From positions 4,320,001 through 4,384,000 of the forward strand of contig OZ241863.1 in assembly GCA_965203055.1 (NCBI GenBank): a stretch of DNA of 64,000 bases. The letters are read 5' to 3'. Under the pieces are notes generated by a model that saw nothing but the letters and a program-made list of their open reading frames with translations, was not told the origin of the DNA and did not search any database. The translations under genes were made by a program, and so were the position numbers. Positions 8,587 through 19,400 of this stretch are shown here, in pieces. This DNA comes from Spirochaetia bacterium (GTDB taxonomy: Bacteria > Spirochaetota > Spirochaetia > SZUA-6 > Bin103). Every line of letters begins with the position of its first letter. Position 1 is the stretch's first letter.

Positions 8587-11157
8587 ATGGCCGCTCCCGC
8601 ATCCGACCGCTTCACTCCGCTCTCGCTGGCCGGCGCTTGCAACGCGGAGCGCGGCGCGCTGCCCGAAGCGCTGGCGCCGCCGCCGGACCTGGCCGGCCGG
8701 TACGGCCGGCAGGCGTTTCGCGGCGTGCCGTTCGACCTGGGCGCCGGCGGCGGCCCGGACGTCGTGCTGGTCGCCGCGGCTGCTGGCGCCGAGACGACGG
8801 TCACGGTGCCGGCCGGCGGGTTGCAGGCGACCTATCTGGTCTTCCTGCATCACGTCGAGGACCGCGCCTCCAACTATCTGACCGGTTTCGCGGATGACGG
8901 CGTGGACGGCAACGAGCTGGGCGATCACGCCGCCCACTACGTGCTGCGCTACGCCGGCGGGTCCGAGCACGTGCACCCGATCCGGCGGCGCTTCGCCATC
9001 CAGCAGGCGCGCATCGGCTGGGGGGCGAGCCCCTTCGCCGCGGTTCCGATGTACGCCGATCGGGTGTTCGCCTCGGCCGCCGAGGATCAGGCGGCCGGCC
9101 GGCTGGCGGCCCGGGGCTACGGCCGCGGCGAGACCCGGCACGACTCCGGCCGTGACGCCGGGCAGCGCCTGGCGTGGCTCTACGCGCTGCCCAACCCGCA
9201 CCCCGACCGCGCCATCGAAGCGGTCGAGCTCCGGCCCGGCAGCGAGCGCTGCGCGGTCTACGGCATCGCCGCCACCGCGCTGGCCGACCACCCGCTGCGG
9301 CCGGGCACGCGGCGCAAGCTCCTCCTCGACCTGCCGCCGGGCGCCGCGTTCGACGCCGCCGGCCACCTCCCCGGCCTGGAGCTCGACCTCGGCACGATCA
9401 TCTCCGCGCGGCCCGCGCTCGACTACGACCATGCCGCCTGGACCGGCGGCGCCGGCGCGCCCGCCCCGAATCTGCAGCCCGCGGTCTCCACCACGCGCGC
9501 GCTGGTCGAGTACGCCGCCCACCCGGACGCCCGCCTCTACGCCGGCGGCCGCGGGTACGACGTGCGCGCCCTGGAAGCGGGGCCGCAGGCGGTTGCCGCG
9601 GCCGCGCGGCCGGTGACGATCCGCGTCGTGGAGCGCGGCGGCTCGCAGCCGGTGGCGGTGCGGCTCCACCTGCACGGCGCGGCCGGCGAATACCTGCCTC
9701 CCAAGGGCAACCACCGCAGCGTCAACGGCAACTGGTTCGAAGACAACTACGGCGAGTTCGTCAATGGCGCCAACCAATACGCCTACGTGCCGGGCGAGTG
9801 CGTGGCGGACCTGCCGCTCGGCGACGTCTACGTGGAGATCACGCGCGGCTACGAGGTGCGGCCGCTGCGCACCCGCGTGACGGTCGCGGCGGACACCGAC
9901 GAGCTGGTGTTCGAGCTGGATCGGGTGCTGCGCTGGCGCGAACGCGGCTGGGTCACCGCCGACACCCACGTGCACTTCCTGAGCCCGCAGACCGCGCTCC
10001 TGGAGGGCGCCGCCGAGGGCGTCAACGTCGTCAACCTGCTGGCCAGCCAGTGGGGCGAGATGTTCAGCAACGTCGGCGACTTCGACGGCGCCACCACGCT
10101 CGGCGCGCGCGACTTCGGCGGTTCCGGCGAGTTCCTGGTGCGGGTCGGCACCGAGAACCGCATGCAGGTGCTGGGCCACATCTCGCTCCTGGGGTACTCC
10201 GGTTCGATGATCCATCCGTTGTGCTCCGGCGGGCCGGCGGAGTCGGCGATCGGCGACCCGCAGGAGGTGACCATGGCCCAGTGGGCCGCGCGCTGCATCG
10301 AGCAGGGCGGCGTGGTGGTAATGCCGCACGGCCCCAATCCGCAGTGCGAGCGCGCCGCCGACATCGTCCTGGGCGTGGTCCACGCGATGGAGATGATGAC
10401 CTTCAACCCGTGCGAGACGCAGCTCAATCCCTACGGCATCGCCGACTGGTACCGCTACCTCAATCTGGGCTACCGGCTGCCGGTGGTGGGCGGTTCCGAC
10501 AAGATGGCCGCCTCTTCGCAGCTCGGCGGGGTGCGCACCTACACGCAGCTCGGCGACCGCGAGTTCGCCTACGACGACTGGATGGCGGCCCTCAAGGCCG
10601 GCAACACCTTCGTGACCGTGGGACCGCTGGCGGAGCTCACGGTCGAGGGCGCCGCGCCCGGGGCGATCGTGGAGCTGCCGGCCGGCGGCGGCAGCGTGGC
10701 GGTCGAGTGGCGGGTAGAGTCGGTGGCGGTGCCGATCGCCGCGGTGGAGGTGATCTGCGGCGGGCTGGTAGCCGAGGAGGTCGACGCCGGCGGCCGGCTC
10801 GCCGCGTCAGGTCGCGCGGCGGTGCGGATTGCCGGCTCCACCTGGATCGCGCTGCGGGTGCGCGGCAGCTACCGCGGGCGCGCCGGCGACGTCGCCGCCC
10901 ATACCAGCGCGGTGCAGGTGCGGGTGGACGGCGCGCGGCCGTTCTCCGCCCACGACGCCGGGCTGATCCTGGAGCAGATCGAGGGCGCCCTGGCCTACGT
11001 GGACACCATCGCCCCGCGCCCGGACGCCGCCCGGTACCGGCAGCTCCGCGCCACCCTGGAAGGCGCCTGGAACCGCCTGCACCAGGCGATGCACCGCCGC
11101 GGCGTGTTCCACGGCCACACGCCCCTGCACGACCACGCCGAGCACCACGAGCACTGA
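8587..11157 (+). CDS. CehA/McbA-type metallohydrolase (PHP-like) with N-terminal beta-rich extension
   Basis: ADTHVH, GTE..GHISL, PHG, GGSD, G-RTY, FVTVGP, AHTS motifs; His-rich tail. Alternative start 8575. Confidence 0.75.
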   Translation: MAAPASDRFTPLSLAGACNAERGALPEALAPPPDLAGRYGRQAFRGVPFDLGAGGGPDVVLVAAAAGAETTVTVPAGGLQATYLVFLHHVEDRASNYLTGFADDGVDGNELGDHAAHYVLRYAGGSEHVHPIRRRFAIQQARIGWGASPFAAVPMYADRVFASAAEDQAAGRLAARGYGRGETRHDSGRDAGQRLAWLYALPNPHPDRAIEAVELRPGSERCAVYGIAATALADHPLRPGTRRKLLLDLPPGAAFDAAGHLPGLELDLGTIISARPALDYDHAAWTGGAGAPAPNLQPAVSTTRALVEYAAHPDARLYAGGRGYDVRALEAGPQAVAAAARPVTIRVVERGGSQPVAVRLHLHGAAGEYLPPKGNHRSVNGNWFEDNYGEFVNGANQYAYVPGECVADLPLGDVYVEITRGYEVRPLRTRVTVAADTDELVFELDRVLRWRERGWVTADTHVHFLSPQTALLEGAAEGVNVVNLLASQWGEMFSNVGDFDGATTLGARDFGGSGEFLVRVGTENRMQVLGHISLLGYSGSMIHPLCSGGPAESAIGDPQEVTMAQWAARCIEQGGVVVMPHGPNPQCERAADIVLGVVHAMEMMTFNPCETQLNPYGIADWYRYLNLGYRLPVVGGSDKMAASSQLGGVRTYTQLGDREFAYDDWMAALKAGNTFVTVGPLAELTVEGAAPGAIVELPAGGGSVAVEWRVESVAVPIAAVEVICGGLVAEEVDAGGRLAASGRAAVRIAGSTWIALRVRGSYRGRAGDVAAHTSAVQVRVDGARPFSAHDAGLILEQIEGALAYVDTIAPRPDAARYRQLRATLEGAWNRLHQAMHRRGVFHGHTPLHDHAEHHEH

Positions 11158-11234
11158 ACGCCGCGAACCGCCGCGCGGCACCGTTGGCGCGTCCTCCCGC
11201 TTCGTCAGGGTATACTCTGGAAGAGGACGCAGCC

Positions 11235-11526
11235 GTGCAGGAGTGTGATGGTCCACGTCAGCAGCGCCGCTTGCGCCAGGGCCAGGCTTGGGAACTGGCC
11301 CGGAAGTACGTCTGGTGGCAGCCGCCGGACGAGACGCTGGGCCGACCGGCGGCTGTTGCTGGCGCAGATCATGACGTTGGGCACGTAGAGGACGTGCGCT
11401 GGCTGCTGTCGGTCGCTTCCGGCGACGACCTGCGCGCCGTGCTGTGCGATCCTCCGGTTGGCATTTTCAACGCTCGCTCCTGGTCGTTCTGGCATCTTCG
11501 GCTGGGCTTCGACGCCGTTCCTGGTC
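11235..11526 (+). pseudogene. Small hypothetical gene (resembles partners of AbiEii-type nucleotidyltransferases), internally frameshifted and truncated by ISL3
   Basis: TATACT at 11211, GAGG, GTG 11235. Reads RKYVWW..., then LLAQIMTLGT in a shifted frame, then EDVRWL...PPVGIFNARSWSFWH; runs into the IS end. Confidence 0.5.
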
Positions 11527-11998
11527 GGGTCTTCAGGATTTCGTGTGGACGAGGTGGTCACGGACGACACCGGCGGGGTAGAGGTCAAGGCCGCCGAGGT
11601 GAAAGTAGATGGCGTTGCGGAACCTCTGCCGGTTGCGAAAGCCGTGCGCTGCGTACTTCAACCGCTGCACCCCCGCGTTGATCGACTCCGCCCGCGCGTT
11701 GCTCACCCTCTGCACCACCGCCGTCACGATCCCTTCCAGATGCCGCTTGACCATCCGCGCTACCCGCTTGACCGGCTCCAGCCGACACCGGATCGCCGAC
11801 TGGTACCACATCTGCCACGCCTTGCGCGCCCACCCGCGGGTGCGATAGCTCCACAGCGTCATCGCTTGTTCCTTGTAGCTCCAGGCGCGGGGTCTGCAGC
11901 GCGCTGTCGCGCAAGGCAGCGAACCGCTCCCAACGCTCGGCGTCCATGTGTTCGGGGTTGGTCAGCCACGCATAGCGGCTGCCCTTCAGCCGATCGTT
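11527..11998 (-). mobile_element. ISL3-family IS remnant (C-terminal transposase fragment, frameshifted, one terminal IR)
   Basis: LKGSRYAWL...; SNARAESINAGVQRLKYAAHGFRNRQRFRNAIYFHLGGLDLYP; end sequence GGGTCTTCAGGATTTCGTGTGG at 11527; frameshift near 11885; N-terminal half absent. Confidence 0.85.
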
Positions 11999-12367
11999 AT
12001 GGCGGATAGTGGGCCGGCAGCGAGCAGGTGGCAGGGAGTAGTCTGTTCCGAGGGTGGGCCAGGAGGTCAAATCAAGGCGTTGCAACAGGAATTGGAGCTG
12101 CTGAGGCAGGATAGCGCGGCATGCGCACGGCAGTTCCTTGCCGATCGTCAGCGACCAGCCCGTTCATCATCCCAAGAGCTGCCGAAATTCCTTGAACTCC
12201 GTCATTTCTGTGGCCACTCCCTACCGAGTCGCTTATTCTGGGATAGATCATAGTGCGGGGATCACAATAATGTACGACGGCATGGGCGAAGAATCGTTTC
12301 CGGTGGTAACTGGTTCTCGCGGACTATATCGGATATTGGCTGATATTGCCTCTGGGAGTCGCGGATT

Positions 12368-13399
12368 ATGGGGGGCGTGACGGATCAGCGGGATGCGCGG
12401 CGCGGCGCCGGCCGCCCCATCCTTGGCGTCGAGCCGTTCGATGCCGGGTACGGCGGCGGCTTCCAGGCGCCGGTCGACTCTCCCGAAGCGATGGCCTGCG
12501 AGCTGGTGGAGGATGGCGGGGTGTTTCGGCGCCACGCGCCGCCGGCGGCGGCGCGGCCGCGGCGGCTGGCGTTCGTCGACGGCACGATGCGGGTCGAGGC
12601 GCGCTTGACCCGTACCGACCGGCACGGGACGGTGACCGGCCTGGCGGGAAGCTGGGGCGCGGGTGCGGTGCTGGCCGATGGCAGCCAACCGTTGCGCTTC
12701 GACCGGATCTTCATCGACCGGGCCGCGATCTTCACCGCCGGGGAGCGGGTGGAGCTGCCGCCGCAGCCGGGCGGCTGGGAATGGGAAGCGGATTCCATCA
12801 CCGGCACCGAGCTGGAGGCCGCCGGCGACCGCCTGCGGCGGCGCATGCGCGACATCGAGGCCGAAATCGCCGAGGGCCTCGCGGCCCAGGAGTGGCTGAC
12901 GGTTATCGACGGGCCGCTGCACAACATCCGGCGCACGCGGGCGCTGCCGGTGATCGGCTACGTCAAGACCCATCACCGTCCGATGCTGGCCGCGGCGGCG
13001 TGGCAGCAGGTGCCGGACCTGCAGCTTGGGGAGCGGTCGGGACTGTTCGCCATGCGCGACGACCTCTACGGCTGCTATCTGCGGGTTGGCCGGCCCGGTC
13101 CGTGGGCCGGTCCCTGGGCCGGCGTCGTTCGCCTCGAAGTGCCGGCCGGCGTCGGTTTGCAGATCGCGCAGCACAGCGCGGATGCGGCCGCGAGCTGGCT
13201 GCCGGCGTACGCTTCCGCCCACCACCGCGACCCGCGCGCCCCGGTCAACATGGCGCCGGTCGCCGGGCTGGAGCGTCACCTGCACCGCCTGCAGGGCGAT
13301 CGGCGGCTGGCGCTGCGCGCCGTACGGGCGGCGGTCCTGCAGCTCAACGAAGCGGACAGACTCTCGCCGGCGGGCGGCGCGGGCGGGAATACTCATTGA
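12368..13399 (+). CDS. nurA: NurA-family 5'-3' nuclease (RNase H fold)
   Basis: AFVDG, IDGPL, GYVKTH, RAPVNMAP..LERHL motifs; directly upstream of a HerA-type ATPase. Confidence 0.82.
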   Translation: MGGVTDQRDARRGAGRPILGVEPFDAGYGGGFQAPVDSPEAMACELVEDGGVFRRHAPPAAARPRRLAFVDGTMRVEARLTRTDRHGTVTGLAGSWGAGAVLADGSQPLRFDRIFIDRAAIFTAGERVELPPQPGGWEWEADSITGTELEAAGDRLRRRMRDIEAEIAEGLAAQEWLTVIDGPLHNIRRTRALPVIGYVKTHHRPMLAAAAWQQVPDLQLGERSGLFAMRDDLYGCYLRVGRPGPWAGPWAGVVRLEVPAGVGLQIAQHSADAAASWLPAYASAHHRDPRAPVNMAPVAGLERHLHRLQGDRRLALRAVRAAVLQLNEADRLSPAGGAGGNTH

Positions 13400-15219
13400 G
13401 TAGTGACCTGACGCCGACGCGCATCGGGCTGGTGGATGGGTCGGTGGACAGCAACTCGCGGACCTTTCACGTCGTGCTGGACCCAACGACGGTGATCCAG
13501 CTCGACGAGCTGGTTGCGGTCACCACCGACCTGCCCGACGGCAGCAGCGTCGTCCACTACGCGATCGTGACCGAGCTGCTGTCGCGCTTCGAAGGCGCCG
13601 AGCTGCCGTCCGACACCGGCCGCGTCATCGACCGGACCCTGCCGGCGGAGCTGGTGCGGCGCGCCGAGGTGCGCGTGCTGCGGGTGGTGCCGGAGCTGTT
13701 CCTGGCCCCGCACGCCGGAGCGGTGGTGACCCGCGCCGCCGGCAACCACCGCGCCATCGCCCTGTTCGAGGATGAAATGACGCGCGGGAGGCTGCCCCTC
13801 GGCCTGGACCTGGGGGGAGCGCCGGTGTACGCCGACATGCGCTTCGTGGATGGCCGCTCGGGCGGCCACGTCTCGATCTCAGGCATCTCCGGCGTCGCCA
13901 CCAAGACTTCCTACGCGCTGTTCCTGCTGTACCAACTGCTGGAAGCCGAAGGCGGCATGGAGTTGCTCGGCGGCCGCGCCAACCGCGAGCACGTGCGGGC
14001 GCTGGTGTTCAATACCAAAGGAGAGGACCTGCTGCACCTGGACCGCCCCAACCGCGAATTCAAGGAGGAGCAGCGCGCCCAGTGGCAGGCGCTGGGCGTG
14101 AGCGCGCCCGGCCCGTTTCGCTCGGTGCGGTTGTACGCGCCGCGCGCCGCGGCTGCGGCCGCCGAGCTGACGGCCGAAGTGCAATCGCGCCCCACCGGCG
14201 ACGTCACCCCCTACGGCTGGACCCCGGAGCAGTTCATCCGCGATCAGTTGCTGCAGTTCTGCTTCACTACCGACGATGAACGCACCACGCAGGTGGGCTT
14301 CGTGGAGCAGCAGGTGCGCATCCAGCTCCTGCGCCGCCTGCGGCGTCTGGCCGGAGATGACAGCGGCGCAGTGGTGATTGCCGAGCAGGTGCCGCCCAAC
14401 ACCGGCTACAACCCCGACCGCCTGGCGGAGCGGGAACCGGAGGCGGTGGCTGCGGGCGCCGGCCCCCTGATCCGCGAATTCGGCGATCTGATCGACCTGT
14501 TGGAGGCGATCGCGGCGGAGGACCTCGAACCGCGCCTGAACGAATGGTTCGGGCGCAGCCAGGCCGGCACCCGGCAGGCGTTCCTGCGCCGGCTGCTGCG
14601 CCTGCGCCGCCACCTCGGGCCGTTGATCGGGTGCGGCCTGGCGCCGCTGGCGCTGGAAAATGCGCGCCTGCACGTGGTGGACATCTCGCGTCTGCACGAC
14701 GATGCGCAGCGCTTCGTGGTGGGTGCGCTGCTGGACCGCATCTGGCGCGAGAAGCAGGGCACCGGGCGCCTGCCGTTGCGCTTCGTGGTGCTCGACGAGC
14801 TCAACAAGTACGCCCCGGCGCAGGGATTCTCGCCCCTGAAGGAACTCCTGATCGACATCGCCGAGCGCGGCCGTTCGCTCGGCGTGTTGCTGATCGGGGC
14901 GCAGCAGGCGGCGTCCGCGGTGGCGCAGCCGCTGCCGCGCAACGCGTCGCTGAAGGTGGCGGGGCGGCTGGACGCCAGCGAGTCGGAGGCGTACCGCTTC
15001 CTCTCCCCGGCGTTGCGCGAACGCGCCACCCGCTTCATGCCGGGCACCATGGTGGCGTCGCAGCCGATCGTGCCGGAGCCGATTCCGATTCGCTTCCCGT
15101 TTCCGCCGTTCGCGACCAACCCCGACGAGGCCGCGCCCGATCGTGCCGCCGATCAGCACCGGCTGCAGCAGCTCGAGCGCAACCTGACCGCCCTCGGGGG
15201 CCCGCGCGTCGCCTTGTGA
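13396..15219 (+). CDS. herA: HerA-family helicase/ATPase (HAS barrel + FtsK/HerA domain)
   Basis: Variant Walker A GISGVATKT, FNTKGEDL, Walker B VVLDELNKYAP, ERGRSLG, GAQQ. TTG start overlaps the nurA stop (TTGA). Confidence 0.88.
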   Translation: MSSDLTPTRIGLVDGSVDSNSRTFHVVLDPTTVIQLDELVAVTTDLPDGSSVVHYAIVTELLSRFEGAELPSDTGRVIDRTLPAELVRRAEVRVLRVVPELFLAPHAGAVVTRAAGNHRAIALFEDEMTRGRLPLGLDLGGAPVYADMRFVDGRSGGHVSISGISGVATKTSYALFLLYQLLEAEGGMELLGGRANREHVRALVFNTKGEDLLHLDRPNREFKEEQRAQWQALGVSAPGPFRSVRLYAPRAAAAAAELTAEVQSRPTGDVTPYGWTPEQFIRDQLLQFCFTTDDERTTQVGFVEQQVRIQLLRRLRRLAGDDSGAVVIAEQVPPNTGYNPDRLAEREPEAVAAGAGPLIREFGDLIDLLEAIAAEDLEPRLNEWFGRSQAGTRQAFLRRLLRLRRHLGPLIGCGLAPLALENARLHVVDISRLHDDAQRFVVGALLDRIWREKQGTGRLPLRFVVLDELNKYAPAQGFSPLKELLIDIAERGRSLGVLLIGAQQAASAVAQPLPRNASLKVAGRLDASESEAYRFLSPALRERATRFMPGTMVASQPIVPEPIPIRFPFPPFATNPDEAAPDRAADQHRLQQLERNLTALGGPRVAL

Positions 15220-16481
15220 AGCTGCTTCATACCGCCGACTGGCACCTCGGCGCGCGCCTGGGACGGCATGACCGGCTGCCCGATCAACAGGCCGCGGTGC
15301 GCGCCGTGCTGGCGGCGGCGCGCGCGCAGCAGCCCGACCTGATCCTGCACGCCGGCGATCTGTTCGATGCCGCCCGCCCGGTATACGAAGCGCTGGAGAC
15401 CGGGGTGCAGGCGCTGGGCCGCCTGGCCGAAATCGCGCCGACCGTCGTGCTGAGCGGCAATCACGATTCGCCCGCCCTGTTTCGGGTGATCGACCGGCTG
15501 GCGGAGGCCGCCCGCCCGCGCCGCCTGTGGATGGTGAGCGAACCGCGGGTGCTCACCTTCGAGGAATTGGCGCCCGAGCCGGTCGCGGTGGCGTGCGTTC
15601 CGTTCATTTCGGCCGGCGCGGGCGCAGCCATCTCCGCCGCAGAACCCGCCGCCGGAGACCCCGATCGTCCCGCCGGCACCTACGCCGATACCGTGCGCAC
15701 CTTGAACGACCGCCTCCTGGAGGAGGCGCAGCACATCGCCGGCGCGCGCGGGATCGTGCTCTACGCCGCCCACCTGCACCTTCACGGCGCCCGCCCCGGA
15801 CGCTCCGAGCGGCGCCTCACCGTGGGCGAGGATTACGCCGCCCACGCCGCCGGTCTGGAGCGGGCGCTGTACTGCGCGTTCGGGCATATCCACGATCCGC
15901 AGTTGCTGCCCGGCGGCGTGGCGCGGGGCCGATACGCGGGATCGCTGGTGCCGCTGGACTACGGCGAACAGGTGCAGCGCAAGCAGGTGGTGCTGGTCTC
16001 CATTGCCGGCGAGGTGCGCGCCGAGCCCTGCGAGATCGCCACCGGCCGGCCGCTGGTGGAGTTCGACGGAACGCTCGAGGAGTTGCAGCGGCGCGCCGCT
16101 GACGGCGGCCTCGATGACCACATCCTCAAGGCGCGGGTGCGCTCGGCGGACCCGATTCCCGACTTGGCCGACCGTCTATTCGAGCGCTCCCCGCGCTGCG
16201 TGGTGTTCGACCTGCACAACGCGCCGGCGAACCAGGCCGCGCAGGCGGTCTCCGCCGCCGCCGGCCCCGGTGAGGAACCCGCGCTGGTCGATCAGTTCCT
16301 GGAGTGGCGCGCAAGCGCGGCGCGCGGCGTCCGCGCGCCGCACGAGCAGGTGGCCGAACTGTTCAGCGCAGCCCTTGCCGGCGCCGGCGGGGAGACCGCC
16401 CCCGATCTGGGAGTCGCGGAGTTGGACGCCCGCGCCCGGCGGGTGTTGGCGGCGCTCGCCGCCGCGCTGGCGGGAGGCTGA
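15216..16481 (+). CDS. sbcD: SbcD/Mre11-family metallophosphoesterase nuclease
   Basis: LHTADWHLG, AGDLFD, SGNHD, AH, FGHIH, YAGS..LDYGE. GTGA overlap with the herA stop. Confidence 0.92.
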   Translation: MKLLHTADWHLGARLGRHDRLPDQQAAVRAVLAAARAQQPDLILHAGDLFDAARPVYEALETGVQALGRLAEIAPTVVLSGNHDSPALFRVIDRLAEAARPRRLWMVSEPRVLTFEELAPEPVAVACVPFISAGAGAAISAAEPAAGDPDRPAGTYADTVRTLNDRLLEEAQHIAGARGIVLYAAHLHLHGARPGRSERRLTVGEDYAAHAAGLERALYCAFGHIHDPQLLPGGVARGRYAGSLVPLDYGEQVQRKQVVLVSIAGEVRAEPCEIATGRPLVEFDGTLEELQRRAADGGLDDHILKARVRSADPIPDLADRLFERSPRCVVFDLHNAPANQAAQAVSAAAGPGEEPALVDQFLEWRASAARGVRAPHEQVAELFSAALAGAGGETAPDLGVAELDARARRVLAALAAALAGG

Positions 16482-16487
16482 CGAAAC

Positions 16488-19400
16488 GTGCGCCCGCTGG
16501 AGGTGACCATCGAAGGGCTGCGCTCGTTCCGCACCGCGGTGACCCTGGACCTGCGCGGCCGCGATCAGATCGCGATCGTGGGCGACACGGGCGCGGGGAA
16601 GTCTTCGATCATCGAGGCGATTACCTACGCGCTGTACGGGCAGGCGACGTTCACCGGGCAGAACCGGGAGCTGATGAACGACTCCGCGACTACCCTGCGC
16701 GTGGCGCTGCGGTTCCGGGCGGCGGACGCGGAGTGGGAAGTAGTGCGCACGTTGCGCCGCCGGAGCGGCGGGGCGGTCGGCGCCCAAAGCGCCCGGCTGG
16801 TGCGCTTCGACGCCGCCGGTGAAGCGCTGGAAATCGTGGAGCAGGCGCGGCCGGTCAAAGACCGGGTCGAGTCGCTGCTCGGCCTCAACCGCGATGCGTT
16901 CTTGCGCACCACGGTACTGCCGCAGGGCCGCTTCGCGCAGCTCCTGGTAGAGGATGATCCGCGGCTGCGCGCCGCCATTCTGCGGCAGGTGTGGCGCACC
17001 GACGAACTGGAAGCCGCCGGCAAGGCGGCGGTGGACGCGCACCGCGAGAGCGCCGAGGTGCGGGCGCGTCTGGACCAGGCGGCCAAGGGCTACCCGGACG
17101 ACCCGGCGGCGCATCTCGCGGAGCTTCAGGAGCAGGCGCAACGGGCCGACCGCGCCGCATCCGCCGCTGACGTCACCGAACGGCAAACCACCGCGGCCTA
17201 TGAGGCACTGCAGGCGGCCGCGGCCGAGCAGGTTCGGGTACGCGCCGCAGCCCGGCGGCTGGCCGCCTTCGACGCGGCCGCCATGACGGCGCAGTTGGCG
17301 CCGCTGGCGGCGGCAGGGCAGGAGCTCGACGCCCGGGAGGCGGCGCGGCGCCGGCGCCAGGACGAGGTCACGCAGCAGCTCGCGGAAGTTCCCGGCGACG
17401 ACGACGGCCCGGCGGTAGCGCAGGTAGTCGCGGCGCTGACCACCCTGGCGGACCTGCCGCGGCTTGCCGCCGAGGTCACCGCCGCAGCGGAGGAGCTGCG
17501 GGGGCGCAGTGTGGAAAGCGTTGAAAGCCGCGCTGCGGCGGCGCGGAGCACTGCCGCGGCGAAGGGCGCCCGCGCTGCGGCGCGCGCCCACGACGCCTTG
17601 CGGCCGCCCCTGGAGCAGGCGCGGCAGGCAGCCCAGCGCCGCCGCGCCCGGCTGGCCGAGCTGCATGCCGCCGCCGCGGAGACGGCGCAAGCGGCGGAAG
17701 CGGCCGCTGAAGAGCTGGCGCAGTGCGAACAGGCGCGGCAGGAGGTGACCGGCCAGTTGCAGGCAGCCGAGGCCGAGGCGGCGCAACGGTCGCAGGCCGC
17801 AAATCGCGCCCAGGAGCATCTTGCGGCAGCCCGGCGTTCGGACTCGGCCGCAGTGATTGCCGGCGCCCTTCATCCGGGAGACGAGTGCCCGATCTGCCGC
17901 ACTGCGCTGGCGCCGGATTGGCAGGCGCCGGCCGCCGGCGACCTGGAGGCCGCCGAACGAGCCGCCGAGGCCGCCGTCGCGGCCGTGGCTGGGGCGCGGG
18001 ACGCGGCAGTTGCGCTTGCCACCCGCCGCGATGTGGCGGGCGACGCGCTCGGCCAGGCGGAAGAGCGCGCCCACCGCGCCGGCGCCGATGCGGCCGCGGC
18101 CCGCGTCGAGCTGGCGCAGGCCGCCGCGGCCCTGGATGCGGATTCGGCGGCGCCGGTCGCTGCCGCCCCGGCCGCGCCCCTGCCCGCCGCCGAGGCGCTG
18201 CTGGCGCCGCTGGAAGCCGCGGTGGCGGCCGCGGATTGGGCGTTGGCGCAGCACGCGGAACGGCGCGACTCCCTGGCGCAGACCGCGGCAGCTGAGGAGC
18301 AGGCCGCGGCCGTCGCCGGCCAGACCGCGGCCAACGCCGAACAACTGCGCGGCATGGCCGAGCAGGCCGCGGCCGCGGCGCTGGCGCGGCTGCGGCGCGC
18401 CTTGGCAGCGATCCCGGAACCCTACCGCCCGCCGTTACGGCTCCCCGCCGCGGCGCTTGAGTTCCGCGCGCCGGCGGAGGGTCCAATCGAGGAGCGAGTC
18501 GCGGCCGCCCGGCAGCGTCAAGACGTGCTCGCCGAGCGCGGGCAGATCCGCGAACGGCTGGTCGCCACGAATCGCGAACTGGCGGCCGAGCAGAAGGCAT
18601 TGGCCAAGCGGCGCGCGGCGGAGGTCGAGGCGCCGCTCGCGGCCATGGTGCGTAGCCTCAGCGCGCACCGCGACCTGCTGGCGCGCGGCGCCGTCGAGCT
18701 GGACCAGGAGCAGGATTTGCCCGATCTGCATGCCGTTGCCGACCCGCAAGCGTTGGCGAGGTGGATCGACCAACTCGCCGCCGGCACTCGCCGTCTGGCG
18801 CGCCGCGCCGCCGCATCGGCCGAGCGCGCCGACGCGGAACAGGAGCGCGCCGCGGCAACCCTCGCGCAGCTATCCCGGCGTCTCGCCGCGGGCGGGGAAG
18901 ACCTCCCGGAAGAGTTCCCCGCCATCGTCCGGCGGGCGCAGGAAGCGGCCGAGAGCGCTCGGTTTGACGCGCGTTCGGCGCAGGAGCAGGCCGCGGCGTT
19001 TGCCGCCAAGGCGGACCACGTGGCGGCGCTGCGCAAGTTGCTCGGCGAGGTCGAGGAGCGGGAGCGGGCGCTCTCCGACCTCGCTTCCGCGCTCAAGGAA
19101 GGCGCGTTCCTGAAGTGGCTGACGTTGCGCCGTTCGCGCAGCCTGCTGGTGCACGCCTCGCGCACCCTGGAGCAGATCAGCAATGGGCGGTTCGCGTTCG
19201 TGGAGCCCGCCGGCGAGCTGGACCGCTGGCAGGTGCTCGACCGCGACTCGGGGCAACCGCGCTCGCCGGCCAGCCTGTCCGGCGGCGAGCAGTTCATTGC
19301 CTCGCTGGCGCTGGCCCTGGGCATGGTGGAGATGATGGCGCGCAGCGGCGGCCGGCTGGAGTCGTTGTTCCTCGACGAAGGCTTCGGCTCCCTCGACCGC

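Noticed and set aside
11999..12367. Lower-GC spacer between the ISL3 remnant and nurA with short ORFs
   Set aside because: No recognisable protein motif or RNA structure; probably degraded sequence plus promoter.
12346..13395. Apparent N-terminal extensions in the ORF track (957-aa HerA, 645-aa SbcD, 1744-aa helicase, 945-aa E1, 527- and 526-aa oxidoreductases)
   Set aside because: The extensions are off-frame read-through of the upstream gene. Real starts coincide with stop/start overlaps or RBSs, so these are not fusions.
17200..19000. GCC/GCG-rich quasi-repeats in sbcC and the E2 linkers
   Set aside because: Ala-rich coiled-coil or linker coding sequence, not a DNA repeat array.
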